64,000 bases of DNA from Dolichospermum sp. OTE_75_concoct_329_sub (GCA_031376645.1 JANMEE010000036.1:8239-72238), one strand, 5' to 3'; counted from the first letter of the stretch, positions 21,364-31,507 are shown. Numbers and translations: made by a program. Notes: generated by a model from the letters alone, not told the origin.

Positions 21364-21536
21364 GGTTTATTTGGTTGTTACATTGTATTATCCATGATTT
21401 GTAGGAAAATTTCAAGGTTGTATATAGGTTTTTTATAACCTTAGCCCAGATGGCAGCCAATTGTGTTGTTGATTTTTCACCATAATTACCCCTCATACCA
21501 ATTTGTATAAAATACAAAATCACCACTTTCTCATCT

Positions 21537-22331
21537 TTAAATCGTATCAGGATCTACTCCCAATTCTCTCAATGTTTGAGCTAGTAATTGAGCGCGTTTT
21601 TGTGCTTCTTCCTTTTCTAGTTTTTCAAACTCAGCGCGTCTTTGTGCTTCTTCCTTTTCTATTTTTTCAGACTCAGCAAGTCTTTTTGCTTCTTCCTTTT
21701 CTAGCTTTTCTCGTTCAGCACGTTCATCACCAGTAGCTACAAGCGTTCCATCTTGATGACACCAACGTAACCAAGTATCGCGCCTACCTTCAAACTCTCC
21801 TTGCCAAAAAGTCACACCCAAATTAATATCTTCTAACCAAGTTTCCTCTGTTTTTATATAATGTCTTCCCACCAATTTATAAATAGTCAATATTTGTTCT
21901 GCTAATTCTTGATTAGGATCATAAACTAGATAATAATTGGCTTTCATTCTTTCATAAATCTGCAACTTTTTAGTTAGTTCTTCACCTTCTTTATTGGAAA
22001 CAATTTCCATTACCACTTCTGGCGATTTACCAAATTTCCACATCATGTAACAACGATTTTGTTTTTTCCACCAATCTTCAGGAGTTTGGACATCAAAACT
22101 AATAAACACATCGGGAACAATTGCAGGTTCACCGTCGGTGTGATAAATACCAACATTAGCCTCGACTAAAAAAGGCTGTGATTCTAAAGAACTATAAAGA
22201 GAAGTGACTAAAAGCCGTTGTTGTTTAGCAGATGCAAAATTATCCACAGATGTATCGTCTTCGGTAATGAGTAGATTAGCGTCGGGAATATAGTAATCAT
22301 CATCAACTTTGTCTAAAAGTTGCTCAACCAT
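21537..22331 (-). CDS. Uma2-family (PD-(D/E)XK) endonuclease-like protein with C-terminal coiled-coil repeats
   Basis: IVPDVFIS, PEVVMEIVS, YYLVYDP, WLRWC; three 14-aa AExEKxEKEEAxxR repeats. Confidence 0.85.
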   Translation of the reverse strand: MVEQLLDKVDDDYYIPDANLLITEDDTSVDNFASAKQQRLLVTSLYSSLESQPFLVEANVGIYHTDGEPAIVPDVFISFDVQTPEDWWKKQNRCYMMWKFGKSPEVVMEIVSNKEGEELTKKLQIYERMKANYYLVYDPNQELAEQILTIYKLVGRHYIKTEETWLEDINLGVTFWQGEFEGRRDTWLRWCHQDGTLVATGDERAEREKLEKEEAKRLAESEKIEKEEAQRRAEFEKLEKEEAQKRAQLLAQTLRELGVDPDTI

Positions 22332-22405
22332 GATTTTTATTCACTTATTCAATAGCGTTATTTAGATTATAAATTATCGCAATGAGAATTTAGATATAGA
22401 AATAG

Positions 22406-22516
22406 GGCGTTACTGAAACCAAGTATGAATTTAGATGTAGAGACGTTCCATGGAACGTCTCTACAAAGGTCTTGAACATATGCAAAATTATTTTCATCCC
22501 TAAAATCAGCAACGCC
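22406..22516. mobile_element. 111-bp MITE family B, second copy (reverse orientation), 8-bp TSD AGAAATAG
   Basis: GGCGTTACTGA...TCAGCAACGCC; AGAAATAG at 22398-22405 and 22517-22524. Confidence 0.88.
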
Positions 22517-22849
22517 AGAAATAGTATTTGTAGGGTGCGTTAGGCAAAGCCGTAACGCACCTTAAACTTGATTAATGGTGCGTTAGCGATAGCGTAACGC
22601 ACCCTACGTATCTGAAAACTGAATCTCCACTGACTAGATTATTACGCCGTTTAAGAATACCTAATTTGTAACGTTTTACAGAATGTTTTTCAGTTAAAAT
22701 AGTTTTAAGAAAGCGCATATAGCGGTTATCGCCCTTGATGCAATACAATCGAGGGCGCAGACCCTGCGCCCCTACAGGCTTTACAATTTGCTGACTGTAT
22801 CTCACTCAAATGCATATCGCTATAATATCACCAGACAGGTAAGTAAGAA

Positions 22850-23473
22850 ATGATATACAGCTTTATACTCCCGGAAGAGACGATTACCAACTTTCAGAAA
22901 AAGATAGAATTCATAGAAAAGTGCCTGAATAATGCTAACCCGGAAGATGAAATATTTGCAGAAATAATTGAGTTGGAGAATAGCGGACTAATATCTCTCA
23001 ATAAACTTATAGAGGAAGTGAAAAATCTACAGTATAAACTTAATAAAATTATTAAGTTTGTTAAGGCATTAAAGGAAAAAGTAGAATTTGATCAATCATC
23101 AGTTATACTTTTTGTTAGATACAATTTTCTGCTTAAAGAAATTTTAGATCAATGCTCTGAGTTTAGTTTGATCCAACACAATAGAGTAGTTTTCTTAGAT
23201 GTAATTTTGTCTGTTCTAGGGGTATATCAGGAAATTAAGAAGGAAATTTCTTCTGTAACCTATTCGCAGGATGAAATATACATTCTTACAGAAACAAGAA
23301 AACACGTAATACAATCAACTATTAAGGCTAGTGTACAATTTAAAGTATTTACTGAAGATTTTTTTAAATCACTAGAATTGGGAGATGATATCACACCTAA
23401 AGAATCGGAAGCCATGTTAACTTCTTTAGCATCTACGGAAAAATGGGATTATGTGTATAGAAAACTTGCATAG
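22850..23473 (+). CDS. Hypothetical helical protein, candidate antitoxin of the overlapping Doc gene
   Basis: 207 aa; stop overlaps the doc TTG start; C-terminal KWDYVYRKLA resembles tails of Doc-associated antitoxins (inference). Confidence 0.6.
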   Translation: MIYSFILPEETITNFQKKIEFIEKCLNNANPEDEIFAEIIELENSGLISLNKLIEEVKNLQYKLNKIIKFVKALKEKVEFDQSSVILFVRYNFLLKEILDQCSEFSLIQHNRVVFLDVILSVLGVYQEIKKEISSVTYSQDEIYILTETRKHVIQSTIKASVQFKVFTEDFFKSLELGDDITPKESEAMLTSLASTEKWDYVYRKLA

Positions 23474-23861
23474 TCCTAAATTTATTGAAAAAGAAGACGT
23501 ATTAAGTATACATAATAAGTAAATTAACCTATATGGTGGTTCATTTGGTATCCGCGATGAAGGTTTATTAGATTCTGCTATTTCTCAACCTCAAGCAACT
23601 TTTGGAGGAGAGTTTTTACATCCGACAATTGTTGAACAAGCAGCAGCTTATTTATTTCATATTTGTAAAAATCATGCTTTTATAGATGGTAATAACCGTA
23701 CTGCTTTTGATGTCATGGTGACATTTTTGAACTTGAATGATTATGAACTGAACATGACACCAGAGGAAGCATATCAATTAACAATGCAGGTTGCTAATGA
23801 TAAAGTGAGTAAGGATGAGTTGATAGAAATATTGAGAGATTGTATTTCAGAACTATTTTAA
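23466..23861 (+). pseudogene. doc: Fic/Doc (death-on-curing) toxin with premature stop
   Basis: Hand translation LHSPKFIEKEDVLSIHNK*INLYGGSFGIRDEGLLDSA...KNHAFIDGNNRTA; in-frame TAA at 23520-23522; the usual GNKR motif reads GNNR. Confidence 0.88.
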
Positions 23862-23911
23862 AATATGAGTTAGGATGTGGTGCGTTACGCTGTCACTAAC
23901 GCACCCTACAA

Positions 23912-26900
23912 TTAAGCTGTTACTCCTTCCAATTGTTCATCACTTAATTCATACAACTGACGTAGTTTATCTAACTTATCTCCATCAGCTTGCCATAAAC
24001 CGCGTCCCGATGCTTCCAACATTCTCCCCACAATATTTTTAAAAGCTTCAGGGTTGGCTTTACGTAATTTTTCTGCCATTTCTGGATCTAAAGCATAAGT
24101 TTCTGCGGCTTGATCATAAACCCAATCATCTTTAAAATCAGCAGTACCACCCCAACCGATTAACGCCGTCATGCGTTGAGAAATTTCAAAAGCGCCACCA
24201 GAACCTTGATTAGCCATTGCGTCAGCCCATTTAGGATTTAATAACTTGGTTCTGTATTCCATTCGCAATAAATCATCTAAATTGCGGGGTGTGGTGTCCT
24301 TAGAAAAACTTTCGACAAAACTCGCTGTCACCTTTTTACCGCTTTGCTTTTCTGCGGCCTTTTTCAAACCGCCAGTATTGGCATAATATTCCTGAATATC
24401 AGTTAAACCATATTCTACCGAATCTATTTCTTGAACAATGCGATCGCTAGTTTTTAATAAAGTCTGCAATACTTCCGGTCGAGCTTGTCCTTTATCATTT
24501 CTACCATAACTAAAGACATTGCGACTTTCCCAAGTATTCCCCAACTCTTCGCCAGATTCCCAATTACCATCTACAACTCTATCATTAACCAAAGAACCAA
24601 AATCACCAGCAGGATTAGAAAACAATCTTGCTGAAGAATTTTCCACACCTTGGGCTTTTAAAGCTAACGCGTGTTTTCTAATAAAATTCATTTCCTCCGG
24701 TTCATCAATTTCCGCAGCGCGTTGAAATAAATCATCTAACAATTCAATGATATTCACAAAACTATCACGGAAAATACCAGATAGATTTGCTAACACATCA
24801 ATGCGCGGATGTCCAACATCAGATAAAGGTTTTAACTCATATCTAACAATGCGTCCCGTTCCTTCCTTCACAGGTTCAGCACCAACTAATTCCAAGAGAA
24901 TACCCAAAGATTCACCCTTAGTTTTAATAGCATCCAAACCCCATAATAAAACCGCCACAGTTTCCGGGTATTTTTTATTTTCCTCAAAAGACTGAGAAAT
25001 GATTTTCTGAGCAATTTCCTTACCCCTTTCAAAAGCAGCAGGAGAAGGCATACGATAAGGATCTAAAGCGTGAATATTCCTCCCTGTTGGTAACACTCCC
25101 GCACCATCTCTCAACAAATCACCACCAGGTGCAGGAGGAATAAACTCACCATTTAAACCCCGTAAAAGATTAGTTAACTCATCAGTAGATTGATTTAACA
25201 AATCCGTAATTACTCTTTCTTCTTCCCCTCTTCCTTCGTGTCCTTCGTCCCTTCGTGGTTCATTCTCTCCTCCAAAATAAGCATCCAAATAACCAGCTAA
25301 CTCCTCCTGATTTGGTGCTTCACCTAAAACGTGCAACCCAGAAGAAAAAAGACGATTTTCGAGAACTTGTAAATACTCATACAACTTCACCAAATAATGA
25401 TCAAAAGCATGATTACTGAACATCTTGACATTTTCCGGTGTAAAAGGAATACCCAACCTTTTCGCATCATCAAAAGGACAATCCACCTCCAAACCAGTAT
25501 CAACAATCTTCTTGCAAATACCTTCCTTTAACAGATAATTTTTTTCTGGATCTTCCCGATATTCTGCAATTAAATCGCGTAAATTCACCAATTCTTTATA
25601 TAAACCAGTGCGTCCATAGGGAGGGACATTATGAGAGATTAATACCCCATAACCGCGACGTTTGGCTAAAATTGATTCTGAAGGATTATTTGCGGCATAG
25701 ATGTAGAGATTAGGCATATTTCCTAAGAGAATATCCGACCAAGAATAACCCGTATTTCCTAATGGTGAACCTGGCAACCATTCAACTGTTCCGTGCATTC
25801 CAAAATGAACAATTGCATCAGCTTGAAAATCATTTTGTAACCATTTATAGTAAGCTGCATATTGGGGATGGGGTGTTAGATCTCGTTCAAACATTAACCG
25901 CATGGGATCTCCTTGAATTCCCAAGGGTGGTTGGACACCTATCCAAACATTTCCTAATTGCACACCACCAATATTAAACTCGTCTCCATAGGTTTTAATA
26001 CCGCTACCTGTGAGATATTTCCATTGTTTTTCAATGCGAGATGTGAAAAGATATCCTAGCCATTTTTCTAATGTTCTGGCATTAACGGTAGCACCCCCTC
26101 CAACCCCCCCGTCAACGAGGGGGGATATGACTCCCTCCCTGTTTGTGGGTAGATTGGGGTTTTCATCTGCTTCTTTAATTTGCCGAATTAAATCTTCTCC
26201 ATCTTCAGGAATATCACCAACTGTATAACCTTGTGCTTTAAGGGCATTTAGTAATTTAATTAAACTGCGGGGAACGTTTAATAATGCAGCAGTTCCAACT
26301 GCACCATAACCGGGGGGGAAACCATATAAAATAATGGCAATTTTCCGTTGAGAAATTGGTTTTTGGCGGAGGGAAACCCAGCTTTTGACTCTATTAGTTA
26401 ATCGCTGCATTCGTTCAGGAACTAAATAAATTTGTTCCCCGACTAATCCACCTAGGGGAATAGTATCAATTGCGCCGTCTAATTCTGGCAAAGCATATAA
26501 AACAACACTCTGCAAACCGCCTACTCCTTGGCGTGTCCAAGAATAAATATCTTGAATTAATAAGGGTGCAGCAACGATATAAGGAACATTTTTGGCGGTG
26601 AGAATGCGTTTAGCTACTTCTACCTGTCTTCCTGCTGCCATTGAACCAGCCGGACCACCTACAAGGGGAAAACCGATAGTAGAAACTATGGCATCAATTT
26701 TTACTGCTTCTGCGGAAAGGGAAGGGGTTTCAATATTTCCCTGTTGACGTTGTTGGGTTTCGTGGTCGCTTGTCATCCAATCACGCACGGCTACGTGACC
26801 TTCTACTCCGTTAATAAAGATGGGTAAGGGAATTAACCCGGCTTTTTCAAAATGGCAGATCAGTTGGGGAATATAGGGCAATTTGGTAATAACGTGCTTG

Positions 26901-27667
26901 CGGTAAATTAGAATACCGATGATTGGGCGCAGTCCTTCCGGGCGCAGGCCCTGCGCCCCTACTTTCTGTTTCCTGTTCCCTGTTCCCTGTTCCCTTCTTT
27001 GATACCATTCTAAATATGCTTTGGGTGATGTAAAAAATCCTTGATAGTCGGGATGCAATAAACCCATGTCGGGGGTTTCGATAGGTGGCGGTATATCTCC
27101 AACTTTCAAATCTAAGTATTTTTCCGCAATTGTCCAAAATAGGGAAGCGACGTTTTCTGAACCACCAGCATTCCAGTAACCATAGATAATTAACCAGTTG
27201 CGTAAGTCTTGGACTTTTTGGACTGGGATGAATTTTAATAATTTGGGACCGATTTTGAGGAAGCTGATATAACCAGCAAGTTTGTCTTCTTCTTTACCGT
27301 TGCTGAATTTATCAAGGATGAATTTAATGGGTTTGGGCATTCCTGCGGGTTTGTCACCGATAGCGAATGCACCGATTTTGGTTAAACTCATCAATTCCAG
27401 CGCTGACTCGAAGACAAGACGAATGGGGATGTTAGCGACACGCTCCCGCAACCACACAACTTGGTCATAATCAAATAGTAAGCTGCCAAAGAATACGTCT
27501 GCGTCCTTGAGTGCTGCTTCTATTTCGGTGCTATTCGTGGTAATATTGCGATCGCTAAAAACTCGAATATCCAACTCTGAACAGCGTGAATTAGCCAAAT
27601 CAGCCGCTTTTCGGTATAAGTCCGCGTTAAACGATTCAAACCCAGCAATCAAGACAATGCGTTTCAT
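23912..27667 (-). CDS. bchH: Magnesium chelatase subunit H-like protein (BchH/ChlH2, CobN/Mg-chelatase family)
   Basis: STIGFPLVGGPA, HFGMHGTVEWLPG, YAANNPSE, LPTGRNIHALDP, NPKWADAM; three repeat-derived in-frame inserts. Confidence 0.88.
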   Translation of the reverse strand: MKRIVLIAGFESFNADLYRKAADLANSRCSELDIRVFSDRNITTNSTEIEAALKDADVFFGSLLFDYDQVVWLRERVANIPIRLVFESALELMSLTKIGAFAIGDKPAGMPKPIKFILDKFSNGKEEDKLAGYISFLKIGPKLLKFIPVQKVQDLRNWLIIYGYWNAGGSENVASLFWTIAEKYLDLKVGDIPPPIETPDMGLLHPDYQGFFTSPKAYLEWYQRREQGTGNRKQKVGAQGLRPEGLRPIIGILIYRKHVITKLPYIPQLICHFEKAGLIPLPIFINGVEGHVAVRDWMTSDHETQQRQQGNIETPSLSAEAVKIDAIVSTIGFPLVGGPAGSMAAGRQVEVAKRILTAKNVPYIVAAPLLIQDIYSWTRQGVGGLQSVVLYALPELDGAIDTIPLGGLVGEQIYLVPERMQRLTNRVKSWVSLRQKPISQRKIAIILYGFPPGYGAVGTAALLNVPRSLIKLLNALKAQGYTVGDIPEDGEDLIRQIKEADENPNLPTNREGVISPLVDGGVGGGATVNARTLEKWLGYLFTSRIEKQWKYLTGSGIKTYGDEFNIGGVQLGNVWIGVQPPLGIQGDPMRLMFERDLTPHPQYAAYYKWLQNDFQADAIVHFGMHGTVEWLPGSPLGNTGYSWSDILLGNMPNLYIYAANNPSESILAKRRGYGVLISHNVPPYGRTGLYKELVNLRDLIAEYREDPEKNYLLKEGICKKIVDTGLEVDCPFDDAKRLGIPFTPENVKMFSNHAFDHYLVKLYEYLQVLENRLFSSGLHVLGEAPNQEELAGYLDAYFGGENEPRRDEGHEGRGEEERVITDLLNQSTDELTNLLRGLNGEFIPPAPGGDLLRDGAGVLPTGRNIHALDPYRMPSPAAFERGKEIAQKIISQSFEENKKYPETVAVLLWGLDAIKTKGESLGILLELVGAEPVKEGTGRIVRYELKPLSDVGHPRIDVLANLSGIFRDSFVNIIELLDDLFQRAAEIDEPEEMNFIRKHALALKAQGVENSSARLFSNPAGDFGSLVNDRVVDGNWESGEELGNTWESRNVFSYGRNDKGQARPEVLQTLLKTSDRIVQEIDSVEYGLTDIQEYYANTGGLKKAAEKQSGKKVTASFVESFSKDTTPRNLDDLLRMEYRTKLLNPKWADAMANQGSGGAFEISQRMTALIGWGGTADFKDDWVYDQAAETYALDPEMAEKLRKANPEAFKNIVGRMLEASGRGLWQADGDKLDKLRQLYELSDEQLEGVTA

Positions 27668-27830
27668 GCGCTTATATAACGAAATATTTCTTTACCTTGA
27701 TCTTAAACATTTTTGGGGATTAATGGGCGAATATCTACCTAGAGATTAAAATAATGTCTATAGTTTTCGGAACTATATTAACAAGTAGCAGATTATTGGC
27801 ATACTAGGAAAGTCAATTAAGGAGATACAA

Positions 27831-28823
27831 ATGAAATTCGGCATTGATATTGGTCATAACTGTCCTCCTGATAGTGGTGCAGAAGGAATTAAATCCGAAA
27901 ATAAGTTAACAATGGAAGTTGGTAATAAGGTTATAGCTAAATTAGAAAGTTTAGGACATACAGTAATTGCCTGTAAACCAAATAATGCCAATACAGTAAA
28001 TCAATCTTTAGGTAGTCGTTGCGAAAAAGCCAATAGTAACCGAGTAGATATTTTTGTATCTATTCATTTTAATGCTTTTAATGGACAAGCTAATGGAACA
28101 GAAGTATTTGCTATTAGCGACGCTGGCAAAAAAACCGCTAAATCTGTATTAGATGAAATTGTCAAATTGGGCTTTTTTAATCGTGGTGTCAAAAGTGGCT
28201 CACATCTTTATGTTCTCAAAAGAACAAATATGCCAGGAATTCTCATAGAATGTTGCTTCATTGATTCTGCCAAAGATATGCAAATATATGATGGTGAAGC
28301 AATGGCTAATGCTATAGTTGCTGGTTTAACAGGTAAAGTAGCAAATACGCCTACAAATCCTGCTCCTAATGTGCCTATTCCTGTTCCTGTTCCTAATGGT
28401 TCTGTCAATACTGTTATAGATGAAGAACAGAATAAAGATAAGAGCATTCTGAGACTACAACAGGCTTTAAATCGGTTGAAAATTACTGATAAAAATAATC
28501 AGCCCCTAGTAGAAGATAATGGCATGGGACAAGCTACATCTTCTGCTACAGAAAAATTCCAGAGAATTGTGGGAGTTTTACCAACAGGAATTGCAGGTAA
28601 TACTACCTGGGATGCCCTCAATCAAATATTAGCTAAACGAGTTGTTCAAGGAACTCATGCTAGTGGTGTGATTATCAGATATTTACAATATCGTGTAGGT
28701 GCTAATCCTGATGGGATTTATGGTTCTCAGACAGAAGCAGCAATCAAGAAATTTCAACAGCAAAATGGTTTAACTGCTGATGCAATTGTTGGGGCAATGA
28801 GTTGGCAGAAATTGATAGGTTAG
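27831..28823 (+). CDS. N-acetylmuramoyl-L-alanine amidase (Amidase_3) with C-terminal peptidoglycan-binding domains
   Basis: IDIGH, SIHFNA, GTEV, ILIECCF; Pro-rich linker; LQ..L...DG..G..T..A..KFQ repeats. Confidence 0.9.
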   Translation: MKFGIDIGHNCPPDSGAEGIKSENKLTMEVGNKVIAKLESLGHTVIACKPNNANTVNQSLGSRCEKANSNRVDIFVSIHFNAFNGQANGTEVFAISDAGKKTAKSVLDEIVKLGFFNRGVKSGSHLYVLKRTNMPGILIECCFIDSAKDMQIYDGEAMANAIVAGLTGKVANTPTNPAPNVPIPVPVPNGSVNTVIDEEQNKDKSILRLQQALNRLKITDKNNQPLVEDNGMGQATSSATEKFQRIVGVLPTGIAGNTTWDALNQILAKRVVQGTHASGVIIRYLQYRVGANPDGIYGSQTEAAIKKFQQQNGLTADAIVGAMSWQKLIG

Positions 28824-29149
28824 AATCAATTTTTTAAAGAATATTGTTGGTAAATAGGGGGTATTACTCCCTATTAATATTTTTTATCAGGCTACGCCCC
28901 GCTTCGCTAACTCTGGGCAGGCTAGAAGCCCACCCCACAATAAGTATAATATTCTTGTGGGGTGGGCATCCTGCCCGCCCATATTATATTTAATTATGCC
29001 TACCTACTTAAGAAAAGGGTTTCGTAGCTTTTAATGATAAAACTAAAAAGTAAAAATCCAGTTAGAATTTATACTTTTTGAAATAACCGTAAGAGTTATA
29101 ATAAAGCAAAATTCAAGTTAAAATACTAACTAGAATTCAAGTTAATAAT

Positions 29150-29467
29150 ATGACCCAAATAACATCAAAAAAAGTAGTAAGAAGAGGGAGAATTTTTCCT
29201 GAACTAACTATATCACCAGAAGAATTAGCTAGAAGAGAAGCAGAAGATGAAATATTTTATCAGCGTTGTCTGGCAATCTTTGAGCGTGTACGTCCTGAAT
29301 ATATCGAAAGTCACTATGGTTGGTATATTGCTGTAGAACCAAATAGTAGAGAATATTTAATTGATAAGGATAGGATGCAAGCTCATAAAAGGATGTTAGA
29401 AAAATATTCTCAAGCTAGACACTTTGTTTTTTGTTTGAATGAAACGGGTACAACTGGCACGATATGA
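29150..29467 (+). CDS. Small protein (DUF5678-like), partner of the downstream aspartic protease, copy 1
   Basis: YGWYIAVEPNS.EY motif; ATGA overlap with the protease; near-identical paralog at 30754. Confidence 0.7.
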   Translation: MTQITSKKVVRRGRIFPELTISPEELARREAEDEIFYQRCLAIFERVRPEYIESHYGWYIAVEPNSREYLIDKDRMQAHKRMLEKYSQARHFVFCLNETGTTGTI

Positions 29468-29661
29468 TAGATGTAGATGGTTATTTTGGAGATAATGGGG
29501 AAATATTTTTTGAGATTGAACTAGTCACTAATGATGAGTTAAATCTTCCTGTAGATGCTCTATTTGATACGGGTTTTGCAGGTTTTATGGCTATTAATAC
29601 ACAAGATTTAGATGAATTAGAATGGGTGTATAGTGGTGAGGAAACATTATTCTTTACCTAG
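29464..29661 (+). pseudogene. Truncated clan AA (retropepsin-like) aspartic protease, copy 1
   Basis: ALFDTGF catalytic motif; ends after 65 aa, about half the length of its paralog. Confidence 0.75.
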
Positions 29662-29762
29662 TAATAATTCGTAGGTTTGGTTAAGCGAAGCGCAACCCAA
29701 CGCAATAACATTATTTGGCGATATTTATCTAAGGTATCCATAAACAAATTCTATAAAAACCT

Positions 29763-30077
29763 ATGCCTACTCAAATTAATGCTCCTCCTGCGGTTGATTA
29801 TGCACCTCTGGAATTACAAGGGGAATTAATTGCTATGCAAGAATTAACGATTGAGAAATTATTAACTATTGCTCAAAGTCAAATTACAGAAAGTCAGCAA
29901 GAATTACATTTTCAACTTTTAGAAAAAAATCCAAATAATCAATTAAGTGAATCTGATAGGTTATTGTTGAAATCGTTGCGGGTGAGTGCTGATTATTTAA
30001 TGTTAAAAAAAGCTTATGCATAAGCACTTTTAAAGTGGCAAGGGTTTTCTCTTCCAGATTTTGAGCAATTAGTATAA
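29763..30077 (+). pseudogene. Small hypothetical (antitoxin-like) gene with premature stop
   Basis: ...KKAYA*ALLKWQGFSLPDFEQLV: coding-like frame continues past TAA 30021-30023 to a stop at 30075-30077. Confidence 0.6.
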
Positions 30078-30092
30078 TACCAGTATCATCTT

Positions 30093-30674
30093 TTACTTAC
30101 TTAAATTTGTAGGAAAAGTAACATCTTCATAAACATCAGTGAGAGAACAAGAAAAATTCACACTGGTTAATTCTAATTGTTGATTTCCTCTATAACTATA
30201 AAGAACCCATCTTCCTTCAGAATTGCGCCGAAAACAATCAATTCTTTGACGATTTTGACTAACTAAAACATATTCTTGTAAAGTGTCTAATTCTTGATAA
30301 TCACTAAATTTATCACCTCTATCTAAGGCTTCTGTAGAAGGTGATAAAACTTCAATGATTAAACTCGGATATCGTTTAAAATATTCAAATTGTGTATCTC
30401 TTGAATCGCAAGTTACCATAATATCAGGATAATAGAAAATATCTAGAGATTCAATTCTCGCTTTCATATCAGCAACGTAAATACGGCATCCTGTACCACG
30501 AATATGATTTCTTAAAAGGGCAACTAAATTAGCAGTAATTGTTACATGAGCATCACTAGCACCAGCCATTGCGTAAATTTGCCCTTGGATATATTCATGT
30601 TTAATAGGGCTAGATTTTTCAGCTTCTAAATATTCTTCTGGGGAAAGATAGGAGTGAGATTTATTAAGAGTCAT
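30093..30674 (-). CDS. Uma2-family endonuclease-like protein
   Basis: KHEYIQG, YYPDIMV, IIEVLSPST...DRGDKF..Y...TLQEYVLV. Confidence 0.9.
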   Translation of the reverse strand: MTLNKSHSYLSPEEYLEAEKSSPIKHEYIQGQIYAMAGASDAHVTITANLVALLRNHIRGTGCRIYVADMKARIESLDIFYYPDIMVTCDSRDTQFEYFKRYPSLIIEVLSPSTEALDRGDKFSDYQELDTLQEYVLVSQNRQRIDCFRRNSEGRWVLYSYRGNQQLELTSVNFSCSLTDVYEDVTFPTNLSK

Positions 30675-30753
30675 ATCAGAAAATTATTATATTGATTATT
30701 TAGATGATATCATATATTGTGTTAGAATGTTATTTATAATTGAAGTTAAAAAT

Positions 30754-31071
30754 ATGACTCACATAACATCAAAAAAAGTAGTAAGAAGAGGAAGAATTTT
30801 TCCTGAATTGACTATATCACCAGAAGAATTAGCTAGACGAGAAGCGGAAGATGAAATATTTTATCAGCATTGTCGAGCAATTTTTGAGCGTGTTCGTCAT
30901 CAATATATTGAAAGTCATTATGGTTGGTATATTGCCATAGAACCAAATAGTGGGGAATACTTTCTTGATCAAGATAATATTCAAGCTCATAAAAAAGTCC
31001 TTGAGAAATACCCAAAGGCTAAGAATTATGTGTTTTGCTTAAACGAAACAGGAACGACTGGGAGAATATGA
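30754..31071 (+). CDS. Small protein (DUF5678-like), copy 2
   Basis: 105-aa paralog of 29150-29467 (MTHITSKKVVRRGRIFPEL...); ATG at 30754 lies inside the tracked ORF 30727. Confidence 0.7.
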   Translation: MTHITSKKVVRRGRIFPELTISPEELARREAEDEIFYQHCRAIFERVRHQYIESHYGWYIAIEPNSGEYFLDQDNIQAHKKVLEKYPKAKNYVFCLNETGTTGRI

Positions 31072-31431
31072 TTGAGGGAAATTTTGGTAGGGAGGGGCAG
31101 CTATTTTTTGAGCTTGATTTTGATTACTGCTGATGGATTAAATCTACCTGTGGATGCGATGTTAGATACAGGATTTACCAAGTTTATGGCAATTAATACT
31201 CAAGATTTGGATGGACTTGATTGGGTTTTTCTTGGTAATGAACATAAGCAAACAGCACAAGGTGAATCAAGGTTTAATATCTATTTAGGTAAGGTAATAT
31301 TGGATGGTAAGGAATATGAAATTCCTGTTGATATGGGGGATAATATTACAGAAGTTTTATTAGGTTCTGAGTGGTTGAAGTTTTTGCGTTTGGTGGTGGA
31401 TTTTCCAAAAAGTATTTTGACTTTGGGATAA
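31068..31431 (+). pseudogene. Clan AA aspartic protease, copy 2, +1 frameshift
   Basis: ATG 31068 gives MIEGNFGREGQLFFELD; one extra T in the run at 31118-31121; the frame resumes LITADGLNLPVDAMLDTGF...EVLLGSEWL. Confidence 0.8.
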
Positions 31432-31507
31432 TTTTTTATTTCGCGCAAAGTAAGAAAAGTAAGAAAAGTATCATAAAATATATACAGGATAAATAGCAGA
31501 ATAAATC

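Noticed and set aside
27668-27830. Cobalamin riboswitch upstream of the CobN/BchH-family gene, and SAM/SAH riboswitch upstream of ahcY (40811-41000)
   Set aside because: Short AT-rich leaders with no recognisable conserved riboswitch cores.
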